A DNA stretch of 64,000 nucleotides from a bacterium UBP8_UBA817 (GCA_002296285.1 DBHX01000055.1:297-64296), one strand, 5' to 3'. Numbered from the stretch's first letter, positions 1 through 10,346 are shown. Program-made: numbers and translations. The notes: generated from the letters alone by a model not told the origin.

Positions 1-25
1 ATCGTATCATAATCAGCGCTATCAT

Positions 26-427
26 ATGCTCAATATGAATTCTTTTCATTCCCAGAGATTAAAGAAATTGGGGGTTCTTCAAACGTTGTTTTTGCTGAAA
101 TATGTTTTGTCTCAATATGATCATCGCAGTCAGTCTGGCCATTTTCAAACCCTTGTGTTTTCAATGAGCGAATGGCCCATGTCGTCCATGCAGTTGTGTG
201 TCGATGTGTGTCAAATTAATGGGGTTGATTTTAAAATGAACCATTGGCTTGACCTCATGCATGTGAGTCAGTTTGTATCGAAACAACAGTTCTTTTCAGC
301 ATCAAGACGTCAGGATCTGTTTAAATTAAACCAACAATTGATACCATCTTTGGACCCCTTAACCTGTTATTCTCTTTACCAAGAATGGGAACATTGGTTT
401 AATACGTTGTATGATTATTGGCGTTGA
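26..427 (+). CDS. Hypothetical protein. It may be 5'-partial, since there is no in-frame stop between the window start and the first ATG.
   Basis: The ORF is 133 aa and overlaps the tsaB start by 17 nt. No recognisable motif was found. Confidence 0.3.
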   Translation: MLNMNSFHSQRLKKLGVLQTLFLLKYVLSQYDHRSQSGHFQTLVFSMSEWPMSSMQLCVDVCQINGVDFKMNHWLDLMHVSQFVSKQQFFSASRRQDLFKLNQQLIPSLDPLTCYSLYQEWEHWFNTLYDYWR

Positions 428-1034
428 CGCAACCCATCGATGGATCCAACAAGTGGCTGTTTCTGAGAAAGAAACTCAATTTTCTCAGTGGGAGGGGCCG
501 ATTGAGGAACTGCCGAATCGAATTGAACCACTACTAAGTTCCGATGCCCCATTGCGTGGTGGGTTGGTGGTATTGGGGCCTGGGTCGTATACGGGCATTC
601 GGCTATCATTAACCACCATGAAAATGCTCACTTTGGTGCATGATGTTCCCTTGATGGGAGTATCTTTATTTGATGCGTATTTGCAGTTGAATTATGCATT
701 GATTCAGGGGTTGGTGCTCATGACCAGCCCTTCACGAAAAGGCGTGTTTAATTCCCAATTATTTCAAACCAATGCCAGTGGATTTAATCCAATATCATCG
801 TTATTGCAAATTCGGGAAGATGGCATGCAAGATTGGTTGTCTCGTTATACAGCCCCCATTTATTGGTTGCATCTTGGTTCTTCGGATATTTCAGTTGATG
901 TGCCCTCGATTCATTGTCAAAACGTACGCTTGGATTTGGTTGCGCTTGTTGATCATTACAGCGATCGTATTTCAAAAATGAACCCTGAATCGGGTTTATT
1001 TCCCATTTATTCTTACCCACCAGTGATGTCATAA
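411..1034 (+). CDS. tsaB: tRNA threonylcarbamoyladenosine biosynthesis protein TsaB (YeaZ-like, inactive Kae1 homolog).
   Basis: A GPGSYTGIRL motif and overall ASKHA-like pattern typical of the YeaZ/TsaB family. The protein is about 207 aa. Confidence 0.65.
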   Translation: MIIGVDATHRWIQQVAVSEKETQFSQWEGPIEELPNRIEPLLSSDAPLRGGLVVLGPGSYTGIRLSLTTMKMLTLVHDVPLMGVSLFDAYLQLNYALIQGLVLMTSPSRKGVFNSQLFQTNASGFNPISSLLQIREDGMQDWLSRYTAPIYWLHLGSSDISVDVPSIHCQNVRLDLVALVDHYSDRISKMNPESGLFPIYSYPPVMS

Positions 1035-1061
1035 AGGGTGAGTTTTTCTATTAAATCAAAT

Positions 1062-1088
1062 CTAGCACTCTATTGATTAGAGTGCTAT
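1062..1088 (+). promoter_or_regulatory. CIRCE operator (HrcA binding site) overlapping a -10 box, immediately upstream of hrcA.
   Basis: A cTAGCACTC-N9-GAGTGCTA inverted repeat that closely matches the CIRCE consensus TTAGCACTC-N9-GAGTGCTAA. The TATAAT box at 1086-1091 overlaps it. The hrcA ATG lies at 1099. Confidence 0.85.
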
Positions 1089-1098
1089 AATTGGCTTA

Positions 1099-2094
1099 AT
1101 GAATCAACGTCAACAAGAAATTTTAACATGTGTTGTGGATCGATTTATTGACTCACATCAACCCATATCCTCGAAGATGGTCCTCGATATGTTATCGATT
1201 CAATTGTCATCAGCAACCATTCGTCAGGTGTTTTCTGTGTTGGATAAAAATGGGTATGTTGAAAAGCTTCATACATCATCTGGGCGAGTTCCCACAGATA
1301 AAGGGTACCGTGTGTATGTTGATGCAATTAAAGGTGAAGGTGCAACCCTTGACCTGGACGGTCATGTTACGGATCAGTCCTATCATGTTAAATTTCGTTA
1401 TGTTTTTGATCGATTATTGACGCATGTGGCGAATAAAACCCCATACATATCAATGCTTTCGCTCAATGACAAAGCGTTGTCGGATGTTGCAATGATTAAA
1501 TATGTTTCGATTAGTTCTCATTATGGATTAATCCTATTGTTTCATCGGGTTGGTATTGTATCCGAACATTATGTTCGTTTTGATCAAGATGTCTCGACCT
1601 GCGATGTGGATAACCTCATTGACATTTTATTGAAATCGCTTCAAAAAAATCAGGGGTTGCAATGTATTGTGAATGAATTTTCTAACAAGGATGCCCACTT
1701 TCTTGAATGTGTTTTTAATGTGATTCAGAAAAGTGCTTCGACATCGGTTGCGTCAGATCAGGTGATGATTAAGAACGTAACCAAATGTTTATCGTTGTCT
1801 GATTATGCGGATAAAGATGCGGTTCAGCAGTTATTGGACGTTTTGGATGATTCGTTGGTCATTCATCGGTTAATGAATCATGGGTTTCAGGCCAATGAAT
1901 TGGATGTTTTGATTGGCCATGAATTAAATGATGATCGTTTGAATTCAGCCAGTTTTATATCCATTCCCATTTGTTTGGATGGTGTTCATGTGGCATGTTT
2001 GGGCATTCTTGGCCCAAGTCGCATGGATTATTTATCGATTATTCGATGGTTAAGTTCTACAGAAACTCTAGCCGAGCTAAATCAAGTTTGTTAA
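1099..2094 (+). CDS. hrcA: Heat-inducible transcription repressor HrcA.
   Basis: A 331-aa protein in first position of the hrcA-grpE-dnaK-dnaJ arrangement, with a CIRCE element upstream. The N-terminal winged-helix segment (QRQQEILTCVVDRFIDSHQPISSKMV) is typical of HrcA. Confidence 0.88.
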   Translation: MNQRQQEILTCVVDRFIDSHQPISSKMVLDMLSIQLSSATIRQVFSVLDKNGYVEKLHTSSGRVPTDKGYRVYVDAIKGEGATLDLDGHVTDQSYHVKFRYVFDRLLTHVANKTPYISMLSLNDKALSDVAMIKYVSISSHYGLILLFHRVGIVSEHYVRFDQDVSTCDVDNLIDILLKSLQKNQGLQCIVNEFSNKDAHFLECVFNVIQKSASTSVASDQVMIKNVTKCLSLSDYADKDAVQQLLDVLDDSLVIHRLMNHGFQANELDVLIGHELNDDRLNSASFISIPICLDGVHVACLGILGPSRMDYLSIIRWLSSTETLAELNQVC

Positions 2095-2106
2095 AGTAGG
2101 TGATAT

Positions 2107-2676
2107 ATGTCGAAAAAAGAAGTTAAAAGTACAACAAAAAAACCAAAAACAAAGTCAAAAAAAGCCGTCAAATCTGATTTTGAGTTGAATGAACTACAAG
2201 CACAAGTGTTAAGCTTGACCAAAGAAAATGATGATTTGAAAAAAGAGATGGATGAGTTTAAAGATCAGTCTCTTCGTGCTTTGGCTGAACTCGAAAATGT
2301 GAAACGGCGTAAAGAGCAAGAAAAAGTGGACGCCATTAAGTTTGGCAATGAACGTTTAATTTTGGATTTGTTGCCCATTTTAGATGCGTTTCAATTGGCC
2401 ATGTCTCAAGGAGATGTGTCTGAAAGTAAGGATGTTGTTGCGGTTGTTTCAGGATTTGAAATGATCCAAAAACAGTTGGAGCAGTTTTTAGAGAAATCAG
2501 GGGTTGTTCGCATTAATGCGATTGATCAACCGTTTGATCCGAATCTGCATCAGGGAATTTCTCAAGAATCACACCCTGATAAAGACGTAAATACAATTGT
2601 GAAAGAAATGCAGCCTGGATATACGTTGAATGATCGTGTTATTCGACCGTCCATGGTTGTGGTATCAACAAAATAA
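2107..2676 (+). CDS. grpE: Nucleotide exchange factor GrpE.
   Basis: A 189-aa protein with a Lys-rich N-terminus, a coiled-coil region and the GrpE C-terminal beta domain (KRRKEQEK... [18 protein letters not shown]). It sits between hrcA and dnaK. Confidence 0.9.
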   Translation: MSKKEVKSTTKKPKTKSKKAVKSDFELNELQAQVLSLTKENDDLKKEMDEFKDQSLRALAELENVKRRKEQEKVDAIKFGNERLILDLLPILDAFQLAMSQGDVSESKDVVAVVSGFEMIQKQLEQFLEKSGVVRINAIDQPFDPNLHQGISQESHPDKDVNTIVKEMQPGYTLNDRVIRPSMVVVSTK

Positions 2677-2690
2677 TTAAAGGAGTTATT

Positions 2691-4619
2691 ATGAGCAAAA
2701 AAGAATCAAATAAAATTATTGGTATTGACTTGGGAACCACCAACTCTTGTTTTGCAGTGATGGAGGGTAAAGATGCGGCCGTTATTGCAAATGCAGAGGG
2801 TGCGAGAACCACGCCATCGATTGTTGCTTTTACGGGGTCAGAGACCATTGTTGGTCAAGTGGCCAAACGTCAAGCAGTGACCAATCCGTCGGGTACCGTT
2901 TATTCCGCCAAGCGATTTATTGGTCGTAAGTTTTCTGAGCTTGCAGATGATGAAAAGAAAATGCCATATTCTGTGGTTCAGCGAAAAGATGGTGGTATTG
3001 AGTTTAAGGTTCAAGATAAAACCTATGCGCCTCCAGAGATTTCAGCGCGTGTGTTGCAGAAAATTAAGGCTGATGCCGAAGCTTATTTGGGTGAAACCGT
3101 TACGAAAGCTGTCATTACGGTTCCGGCTTACTTTAATGATTCTCAACGAAAAGCAACCAAAGATGCCGGGGAAGTGGCAGGGTTGGATGTATTAAGAATC
3201 ATTAACGAACCAACAGCGGCGGCATTGGCCTATGGTTTGGATAAGAAAAACGATCAAAAAATCGCGGTTTATGATTTTGGTGGGGGCACGTTTGATGTGT
3301 CCATTCTCGAAATCGGAGATGGCGTTTTTGAAGTATTGGCAACCAATGGGGATACCCACCTTGGAGGTGATGATTTGGACCAAGTCATTATTAATTGGTT
3401 GGTTGATGAGTTTAAAAAAGAACAAGGCGTTGATTTGAGCAATGATCAAATGGCTGGCCAACGTTTAAAAGAAGCCGCAGAAAAGGCAAAAATTGAATTG
3501 TCTTCAACACAGGCCACCGACATTAATTTACCGTTTATTACCGCGGATAATTCAGGTCCAAAACATTTGAATGTTAATTTAACGCGTTCAAAATTTGAGC
3601 AAATGATTGATGATTACATCAAGCGTTCCATTGATCCTTGTAACAAAGCATTGGCTGATGCTGGCTTGTCTGCGAATGAAATCGATGAAGTTATTTTAGT
3701 TGGTGGTACGACCCGTATTCCAGCCATTCAAGAATCCGTTAAGTCTTTCTTTGGCAAGGAGCCAAGCAAAGGGGTAAACCCTGATGAGGTGGTTGCTTTG
3801 GGTGCCGCTATTCAAGGTGGTGTATTGGCTGGAGATGTTCAAGATGTGGTTCTTTTGGATGTTACCCCGTTATCTTTGGGAATTGAAACATTGGGTGGGG
3901 TGTGTACCAAACTTATTGAAAGAAATACGACCATTCCATCATCCAAAAGCCAAGTGTTTTCAACAGCAGCGGATAACCAAACCAGTGTTGAGATTCATGT
4001 GCTTCAAGGTGAGCGAGAAATGGCGGCAGACAACCGAACGTTGGGTCGATTCATTCTTGAGGGGATTGCTTCAGCACCCCGTGGTGTTCCTCAGGTTGAG
4101 GTTTCCTTTGACATTGATGCAAATGGTATTTTAAATGTGAAAGCCAAAGATAAAGGAACGGGTAAAGAGCAAAAAATTACCATCACAGCGAGTTCAGAGT
4201 TATCGGAAGATGATATTGAACGCATGAAAAAGGAAGCGGAAGCATCCTCTGAAGAAGATAAAAAGAAACGTGAAGCCATTGAAGCTAAAAACAATGCGGA
4301 TAACTTAATTTATCAAACAGAAAAGACCATGAATGATGCCAAAGATAAGTTAAAAGATGATACCAAAGCATCGTTAGAAGCGGGTATTAATGAATTGAAA
4401 GAGGCGCTAGCATCTGAAGATACAGATAAAATCAAGGAAAAGTCAGATGAGCTACAAAAGAAAGTGCATGAATTTTCTCAGGAGCTCTACCAAGCCAATC
4501 CTGAAGCGGCCGCTGATGCAGCGTCAGCACAGCAAGATGAGCCCTCTCAGGAAGAAGCTAAAAAATCCGATGATAATGTGGTGGATGCGGATTATGAGGA
4601 AGTTGAAGAGAAAAAATAA
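2691..4619 (+). CDS. dnaK: Molecular chaperone DnaK (Hsp70).
   Basis: The three canonical Hsp70 signatures are all present: [26 protein letters not shown] and [14 protein letters not shown]. The protein is 642 aa. Confidence 0.97.
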   Translation: MSKKESNKIIGIDLGTTNSCFAVMEGKDAAVIANAEGARTTPSIVAFTGSETIVGQVAKRQAVTNPSGTVYSAKRFIGRKFSELADDEKKMPYSVVQRKDGGIEFKVQDKTYAPPEISARVLQKIKADAEAYLGETVTKAVITVPAYFNDSQRKATKDAGEVAGLDVLRIINEPTAAALAYGLDKKNDQKIAVYDFGGGTFDVSILEIGDGVFEVLATNGDTHLGGDDLDQVIINWLVDEFKKEQGVDLSNDQMAGQRLKEAAEKAKIELSSTQATDINLPFITADNSGPKHLNVNLTRSKFEQMIDDYIKRSIDPCNKALADAGLSANEIDEVILVGGTTRIPAIQESVKSFFGKEPSKGVNPDEVVALGAAIQGGVLAGDVQDVVLLDVTPLSLGIETLGGVCTKLIERNTTIPSSKSQVFSTAADNQTSVEIHVLQGEREMAADNRTLGRFILEGIASAPRGVPQVEVSFDIDANGILNVKAKDKGTGKEQKITITASSELSEDDIERMKKEAEASSEEDKKKREAIEAKNNADNLIYQTEKTMNDAKDKLKDDTKASLEAGINELKEALASEDTDKIKEKSDELQKKVHEFSQELYQANPEAAADAASAQQDEPSQEEAKKSDDNVVDADYEEVEEKK

Positions 4620-4645
4620 ATTGTTAGGGGGGGCACTTTAAACTT

Positions 4646-5713
4646 ATGGCCAAAGATTTATATAATGTTTTAGGAATAGAAAAAGGTGCGAATGAGCAGG
4701 AGATTAAACGTGCGTATCGTCGTTTGGCTCGTGAGTATCATCCTGATGTTAATAAATCAGCTGGAGCGGATGAAAAGTTTAAAGAGGTTCAATCCGCCTA
4801 TGATGTTTTATCTGATCCACAGAAGCGGGCCCGTTATGATCAGTTTGGGGTGACCGATGATCAAGCCGGGGGCTTTGGTGGGGGTGGTTTTGGTGGCTTT
4901 GAGGGATTTTCTGGTGGGGCTGGTTTTGAAGATGCGTTTGGTGACATTTTTGAGTCCTTTTTTGGTGGATCTCGTGGTGGTGGCGGTGGGGCACGATCAT
5001 CGGGTCAACAAGCCGGTGAAGATTTGCGATATGATTTAACCATTTCATTAGAGGAAGCGGCCAAAGGGTTTAAAAAAAATATTGAGTTATTTTATTTGGA
5101 TGTTAAAAAAGGGAGTACAAGGTCGTGCCCTCAATGCAATGGGGTCGGGTATGTCGAGGTTGTTCAGAGAACCATTCTAGGTAGCATATCTCAGCGAAGC
5201 CCTTGTCCAACGTGTCATGGTACCGGTGGTATTGAGCGAGAAAAGAAAAAGAAAAACATTGATATAAAGATTCCTGCGGGGGTTGAGACTGGCATGAAGT
5301 TGCGTGTCAGTGGGGAAGGAAATGCGGGGATCGGTGGTGGTCCGCGTGGTGATCTATTTGTGGTGATTACGGTGAAGGAGCATGATGTTTTTCATCGAGA
5401 AGGGAATGATTTGATTTTGGAAGTGCCGGTGCCATTATCTCAAGTGGTGTTGGGTGCGGTGTTGCGTGTTCCTACTTTGGAAGGAAAGACGGATTTGAAA
5501 GTTCCTGCGGGAACTCAGGCTGGGACTCGCTTTCGATTAAAAGGGAAGGGCATCAAAAACATTAAAGGATTTGGGCATGGTGACATGTATGTCATCGTTA
5601 ATGTTGATATTCCAACGAGTCTTACGAAAGATGAAAAAGAATGTTTTGAGAAAATTTCAAAGCTTCGAGGCGATGAAAAGCGTTTGGCCAGTGCTTTGGA
5701 TGCGTTGGTATAG
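4646..5713 (+). CDS. dnaJ: Molecular chaperone DnaJ.
   Basis: A J-domain containing the HPD motif (YHPDVNK), a G/F-rich linker, and a CxxCxG zinc-finger region ([16 protein letters not shown]). Confidence 0.95.
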   Translation: MAKDLYNVLGIEKGANEQEIKRAYRRLAREYHPDVNKSAGADEKFKEVQSAYDVLSDPQKRARYDQFGVTDDQAGGFGGGGFGGFEGFSGGAGFEDAFGDIFESFFGGSRGGGGGARSSGQQAGEDLRYDLTISLEEAAKGFKKNIELFYLDVKKGSTRSCPQCNGVGYVEVVQRTILGSISQRSPCPTCHGTGGIEREKKKKNIDIKIPAGVETGMKLRVSGEGNAGIGGGPRGDLFVVITVKEHDVFHREGNDLILEVPVPLSQVVLGAVLRVPTLEGKTDLKVPAGTQAGTRFRLKGKGIKNIKGFGHGDMYVIVNVDIPTSLTKDEKECFEKISKLRGDEKRLASALDALV

Positions 5714-5783
5714 GGTTTAGTTTATTTATCAACTGTTATGTCAGTGTTTGTTCTTTGAACGAACCCTCCCTGACGGGCCTAAT

Positions 5784-5993
5784 ATGCAATATATGGCAGG
5801 TGGTGATATCCCCATTACTTTTACTCAATTAGAAACCGGCCAACTAAGTATTAAACAATGTTTGGTGCATATTCGAACTGAACCTGATGGAAGTGTAAGA
5901 ACATACAAAGGTACTGAACAAACTCCCATAAAATTTGGCTTAGAATTTGGCCGTGTTGAGCAGTGTTTGTCATGCGTTGCTAACGCGTCCTAA
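5784..5993 (+). CDS. Small hypothetical protein, copy A of a tandem paralog pair. The start site is uncertain, and the ORF track gives 5748.
   Basis: Its protein sequence aligns with the downstream ORF: PDGPNMQYMAGGD..RTEPDGSVRTYKGTEQTP versus RPNGRGRMEFIGDD..RKYPTGRTIVYKGTASSP. Confidence 0.3.
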   Translation: MQYMAGGDIPITFTQLETGQLSIKQCLVHIRTEPDGSVRTYKGTEQTPIKFGLEFGRVEQCLSCVANAS

Positions 5994-6006
5994 TGGGCGC
6001 GGCAGG

Positions 6007-6255
6007 ATGGAATTTATAGGCGATGATCAGGCCCCTGTTGTTTTTATGTCTGAACCAGAATCAGCGCATATGAGTGTTCGCTGCCTAACGTTTTCTCGAA
6101 AATACCCCACAGGGAGAACGATTGTATATAAAGGGACGGCGTCGTCACCCGTTGTAAGAGACCCAAATGGAAAGGTTTCTAAATATGAGTCTATGGTTAC
6201 AGATCATATGGTTACAGATGATCCTAATGCTTCCTCTTACTGCGTCATAAGTTAA
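6007..6255 (+). CDS. Small hypothetical protein, copy B of the tandem paralog pair. The ORF track gives a start of 5947 in a different frame from copy A.
   Basis: It is paralogous to copy A. An internal Met (MEFIGDD) lies at the position homologous to MQYMAGGD of copy A. Confidence 0.3.
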   Translation: MEFIGDDQAPVVFMSEPESAHMSVRCLTFSRKYPTGRTIVYKGTASSPVVRDPNGKVSKYESMVTDHMVTDDPNASSYCVIS

Positions 6256-6321
6256 TGGCTGTGGTGTCTAATTTAGGATGATAACGTATGGGTTAAACGG
6301 TTGGGGTCATTGATGCCATCG

Positions 6322-7050
6322 TTAGTCTCGACGGCTTTGAAGCTTGGCAAGTAAGCGTAAAATTTCAATGTAGAGCCAAATAAGGGTGACCATTAAGCCA
6401 AAAGCCCCATACCACTCCATGTATTTCGGCGCCCCTTGTTGTGCCCCTTGTTCAATGAAATCAAAGTCTAAGACTAGGTTCAATGCGGCGATAACCACCA
6501 CGACGGCACTAAACCCAATGCCAATAATGCCGTTGCCATACACACTGGTGATGCCCATCCCAAATAGTCCCAAGACAAAATTGATCATGTAAAAAATAAA
6601 AATGCCACCGGTGGCTGCGACCAACCCTAATTTGAAGTTTTCCGTGACCCGGATTTTACCGGATGCATATGCACAGAGCAGCGCAAAAAGGGTGCCAAAG
6701 GTTAAATATACGGCTTGGATCACGATGCCTGGGTATTGTTGATTGAACATGACCGAAATGCCACCCAATAATAAGCCTTGAAGTGCGGCATATATCGGGG
6801 TAGTGGTTGGGGCCCATTCTTTTTTGAATGCGGTGATGATGGCCGTGATGAACCCGCCAATGCCACCCAATAGCATTAAGCCGGGGGATGGGTTGGTCCA
6901 CGTAAATGTGGCGGCTAAAATTAAAATGCCCAAGGAAATATAGGTTTTATTTACGGTTCCTTGAATGGTCATGCCTGTAGTGGTATCGGCTTGACGCACC
7001 TGGTTAAATATTTTTGCGTTTAACGCTGGATTGGCTGTTTTCATTAACAT
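6322..7050 (-). CDS. Bax inhibitor-1/YccA family inner-membrane protein.
   Basis: A 242-aa protein with seven predicted TM helices, a conserved N-terminal NP...TMT-like segment and a charged C-terminal tail. This is the typical BI-1/YccA architecture. Confidence 0.75.
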   Translation of the reverse strand: MLMKTANPALNAKIFNQVRQADTTTGMTIQGTVNKTYISLGILILAATFTWTNPSPGLMLLGGIGGFITAIITAFKKEWAPTTTPIYAALQGLLLGGISVMFNQQYPGIVIQAVYLTFGTLFALLCAYASGKIRVTENFKLGLVAATGGIFIFYMINFVLGLFGMGITSVYGNGIIGIGFSAVVVVIAALNLVLDFDFIEQGAQQGAPKYMEWYGAFGLMVTLIWLYIEILRLLAKLQSRRD

Positions 7051-7350
7051 GATTGATTCTCCTCATTTATATTTTACAGAAATTTGATTAAAAATGCGAA
7101 ACTTATTCAGTCTTTCCTTGATTGTTTGGTATTCTATGACGGTGCGAGTTGAAAATTCATCGTGTTTGGGTCAATCTACAGATCATGATACATGGGGCCC
7201 GTCGTCGAATAGTCACCAAGACGGTGTGATGATGAATGCTACCTATCAAACGTTGCAACAGGCGATGCGGAAGGCTCAATGTGGCGACAAAGAAGCCTAC
7301 GAGAATGTGTTAATCCTTGCATTTATAGGGGATTAAAAAAATGATTTTTT

Positions 7351-7375
7351 GGGGGAGTTTATTCCCCCTTTTTTT
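7351..7375. terminator. Rho-independent terminator-like hairpin, possibly bidirectional.
   Basis: A GGGGGAG-ttta-TTCCCCC stem-loop followed by T7 on the plus strand. An A7 run precedes it, so the minus strand reads the same way. Confidence 0.45.
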
Positions 7376-7396
7376 GGATTTTGTTAATCTATTAAC

Positions 7397-8734
7397 GTGT
7401 TAGTTAAAAATTCAGATTATTCTGGTCAAATTACTGATCAAGGAAAAAAAGGGGAGGGCATCGTTTGGCGGGATGGGTTCCCCGTGTATATTCCCAATGG
7501 CATTCCAGGTGACCAGGTTGAGTTTAAAGTGCTTAAAGTGGACAAGCGTCGGGCATTTGGAAAATTACTGCGTGTGATAGTGCCTAGTTCTGACCGAGTT
7601 GAGCCGAAATGTTCGGTTGCCCTTCAATGCGGGGGGTGCCAACTTCAACATCAATCTCAGGTATCGCAAGTGAGGTTTAAATCAAACGTATTGGTGTCTC
7701 GGTTGTCTCGGTTTGTGGATTTGTCCAATGTTCTTGTTCAACCAATGGTATCGGCGGATCGCCAATGGGCCACCAGAAATAAGATGCAATTTGCCTTTGG
7801 CATGGGGAATGATGGTCTTAAGATTGGCCTTTATGCCCCACGTTCTCATCGTGTGGTGAATATGGACTATTGTGAGATCATGTCTGCATCAATGAATCAA
7901 GTGCTGGCGGCCATTCGAGCTTGGCATGCGGTGGCTCAGGTTTCCGTATTTAACGAGTTGACGGGGGAGGGGGTATTGCGGCATGTGAGCGTTCGGCATT
8001 CCTATGTTACGGGAGAACTTATGGTGATCTTGACCGTGGGAGAGGGTTTTGATTATTCGGGGGTTGTTGCCGCAATTCAAGGGGTGGATGGTGTGTGCAG
8101 TATGTATGTATCTATTCAATCGGATCCCAGTGATGATCGTGTTTTGGGTGATCACCTGGATCTTGTATGGGGATGCTCAACGATTCGAGATGTGGTGTGT
8201 GGCACGACATGTTATGTGTCCCCAAAAACCTTTATGCAAGCCAATGCGATGCTTGTGAATCGGTTGTACCAGATACTAATGAAATCACTGAATGTTCAAG
8301 GTGCATTGGTGGATTTATATTGTGGGGCGGGGGTTCTTACCTGTTCGCTGGCGCGTCATTATGATCAAGTGATTGGTGTTGATAATAATGAATCCGCCAT
8401 TGGTGATGCCCAACGAAATGCCAAAGAAAATGGTCTGAATGTTGAGTTTGTTTGCCAAGATGCGGGCGACTTTTTACGTGCTTATTCCGATGAGGATATG
8501 ACCATTATTGTGGACCCGCCTCGGCAAGGGTTGGCGATTGTTCCTGAATTGCTTCAAAAAAAGCCAAGCCAAATTGTGTATGTGTCATGTTATCCAGATA
8601 CCCTGGGGCGAGATTTGCGGGGGTTTGTTGAGGGGGGGTATCGCATCTCATCCATTCAAGGGGTCGATATGTTTTGTCATACCCCGCATATCGAATGCGT
8701 GGTTGTTTTGGAGTTTTTAGGGGGAAGTGAATAA
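7397..8734 (+). CDS. rlmD: 23S rRNA (uracil-5-)-methyltransferase RlmD/RumA. The gene has a GTG start.
   Basis: An N-terminal TRAM domain, a Cys cluster for the 4Fe-4S site (CSVALQCGGCQLQH), a class I methyltransferase fold with a DPPRQG motif, and a C-terminal catalytic Cys region. Confidence 0.85.
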   Translation: MLVKNSDYSGQITDQGKKGEGIVWRDGFPVYIPNGIPGDQVEFKVLKVDKRRAFGKLLRVIVPSSDRVEPKCSVALQCGGCQLQHQSQVSQVRFKSNVLVSRLSRFVDLSNVLVQPMVSADRQWATRNKMQFAFGMGNDGLKIGLYAPRSHRVVNMDYCEIMSASMNQVLAAIRAWHAVAQVSVFNELTGEGVLRHVSVRHSYVTGELMVILTVGEGFDYSGVVAAIQGVDGVCSMYVSIQSDPSDDRVLGDHLDLVWGCSTIRDVVCGTTCYVSPKTFMQANAMLVNRLYQILMKSLNVQGALVDLYCGAGVLTCSLARHYDQVIGVDNNESAIGDAQRNAKENGLNVEFVCQDAGDFLRAYSDEDMTIIVDPPRQGLAIVPELLQKKPSQIVYVSCYPDTLGRDLRGFVEGGYRISSIQGVDMFCHTPHIECVVVLEFLGGSE

Positions 8735-8976
8735 GGAATGAACGTCAATTGGGGGGAGGCTTCACTTGATGATCCATTTTTTGTAAAGTATCAAATTGGG
8801 GGTGGATTGTGTGGTTTAAAAGGGGATTGGCCACCCATTCAGGTGGCGTTTTATTAATATTTAAGTTATAGTACTGTTAATTTCTACTATTTGTAGATAT
8901 AGGCAAAAACTATTGCATTGTTATAGTCTAAGACTTATATAAATTTCTACTATTAGTATGATTAGACTAGATTAAG

Positions 8977-9210
8977 TTCAAACAACTTTAAACCCATGCA
9001 ACTGGTGACAAATTGTGACCGAAAATGTGATCGCAAATAAGCTCAATATCATACCAGCATACAAGTAATACTTGTGAACTGAATGAGTTTAAATTCCAAA
9101 AAACCCCAATTGGAAGTCGCAATTTGCGACATCCAATTATCTAAAAAATAGGGCAACTTTCAAGAAATCCTTGATAGTTCAAATGACTTTAAATCGACGC
9201 AACTGGTTAC
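8977..9210. repeat. A pair of imperfect 33-bp direct repeats (8977-9009 and 9178-9210) bracketing two perfect 15-bp palindromes.
   Basis: DR1 is TTCAAACAACTTTAAACCCATGCAACTGGTGAC and DR2 is TTCAAATGACTTTAAATCGACGCAACTGGTTAC, matching at 27/33 positions. The palindromes are ACAAGTAaTACTTGT at 9061-9075 and GTCGCAAtTTGCGAC at 9116-9130. DR2 overlaps the 3' end of fic. Confidence 0.5.
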
Positions 9211-10307
9211 GTGTTAAGATCATCTAAAAATTGAAGGGTATATCGAGTTGATTTCAAGTGCCCAGTTTTCTTTAAGATATGTAGTTCAACAAGGTGTTGA
9301 AGGTCTCTTGTTGCGGTAGCTCTGGATGTTTTCGAAATTTTAATGTAGTTTTCAGAACTTAACCCGCCTTTAAATCCACCTAACCCTTCATCAAATATTC
9401 TTAAAAGCACCATTGTCTGTCGTTTATTTAACTCTGGATGAGAACGTATTTCTGATTTTTTAACGATAAATTGAATCAATTTAATGGTATGTTTTTGAGC
9501 CATTAGAATGGTGTCGCTAAAATAGTTGATCCAACGATTAATGTTTAATGTTCGATTGTTTTTCTCGAATTGCAAATAATACTCGCGTTGATTTTCAAAT
9601 ATGACTTTTGATAACGACATTAAGGTTGGGGTTTCGGTGTGTTCAGAGATTATTTTTTTAACCAATGCTCGCCCAATGCGACCATTGCCATCTTCAAATG
9701 GATGAATGGATTCGAAATAAAAATGGGCAATGCTTGCACGTATCAAGCATGGTAATGGCGCTTTGCCATTGGGAGATGTGTCATTAAACCACTGAATGTA
9801 CATATCCATTTCAGCTTTTACATTGGATGATGGCGGTGCTTCAAAATGAACCTTTGGGTGTCCAATATTGCCCGATACAATCTGCATGGGCTCATTCCCA
9901 GATCGGTACCTCCCAGGCCGTATATTTTTGTCGTGCCCACAAACTCTTTTGTGAAGTTCGTATAAATAGGAGTGACTGAGCTTTTTTTTATAGTTCGAAT
10001 AAATAAATATCATCATGTTTGAAACCCCACGCTCTTTTTCAGGGATTTTTTCATTGGTTTGAATGCCGAAGTTTTTTTTAATCGAGGATTGAATGCTTTT
10101 TCGATCCAGGTACTCACCTTCGATTTCACTTGTTTTGAGCGCTTCTTCAGATATTAGTTCAATTTCAATGTCCTTAAGCGAATCCCTATTAATAACACTT
10201 ATTGCACCAGTCATAAGACTGGCTTGTTTAATGAATTCGATTTCTTTTTCATTATCAATAGAAAAATTAAATGTTGGCCATTCAGGTTGTTCCCAGTTCC
10301 ATTTCAT
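9207..10307 (-). CDS. fic: Fic family protein (AMPylator/Doc-like).
   Basis: The canonical Fic motif HPFx(D/E)GNGR is present as IHPFEDGNGRIGRAL. The protein is 366 aa. Confidence 0.88.
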   Translation of the reverse strand: MKWNWEQPEWPTFNFSIDNEKEIEFIKQASLMTGAISVINRDSLKDIEIELISEEALKTSEIEGEYLDRKSIQSSIKKNFGIQTNEKIPEKERGVSNMMIFIYSNYKKKLSHSYLYELHKRVCGHDKNIRPGRYRSGNEPMQIVSGNIGHPKVHFEAPPSSNVKAEMDMYIQWFNDTSPNGKAPLPCLIRASIAHFYFESIHPFEDGNGRIGRALVKKIISEHTETPTLMSLSKVIFENQREYYLQFEKNNRTLNINRWINYFSDTILMAQKHTIKLIQFIVKKSEIRSHPELNKRQTMVLLRIFDEGLGGFKGGLSSENYIKISKTSRATATRDLQHLVELHILKKTGHLKSTRYTLQFLDDLNT

Positions 10308-10346
10308 GAGCTATATCCTTTAAAGTATCGATCAAATATACCGTCA

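Noticed and set aside
5720-6260. A structured ncRNA (tmRNA, RNase P or SRP RNA) in a region with no long ORF.
   Set aside because: No tmRNA 3' end (T-arm plus CCA), RNase P P4 consensus or SRP domain-IV motif was found. The region instead encodes two clearly paralogous small peptide sequences.
8735-9206. A tRNA or rRNA gene in the long intergenic gaps (8735-9206, 10308-10665, 21679-21937, 38796-38968).
   Set aside because: No cloverleaf-compatible segments were recognised by eye: no GTTCGAATC T-arm with a CCA end and no rRNA-like conserved blocks. A tRNAscan or Infernal run is still advisable.
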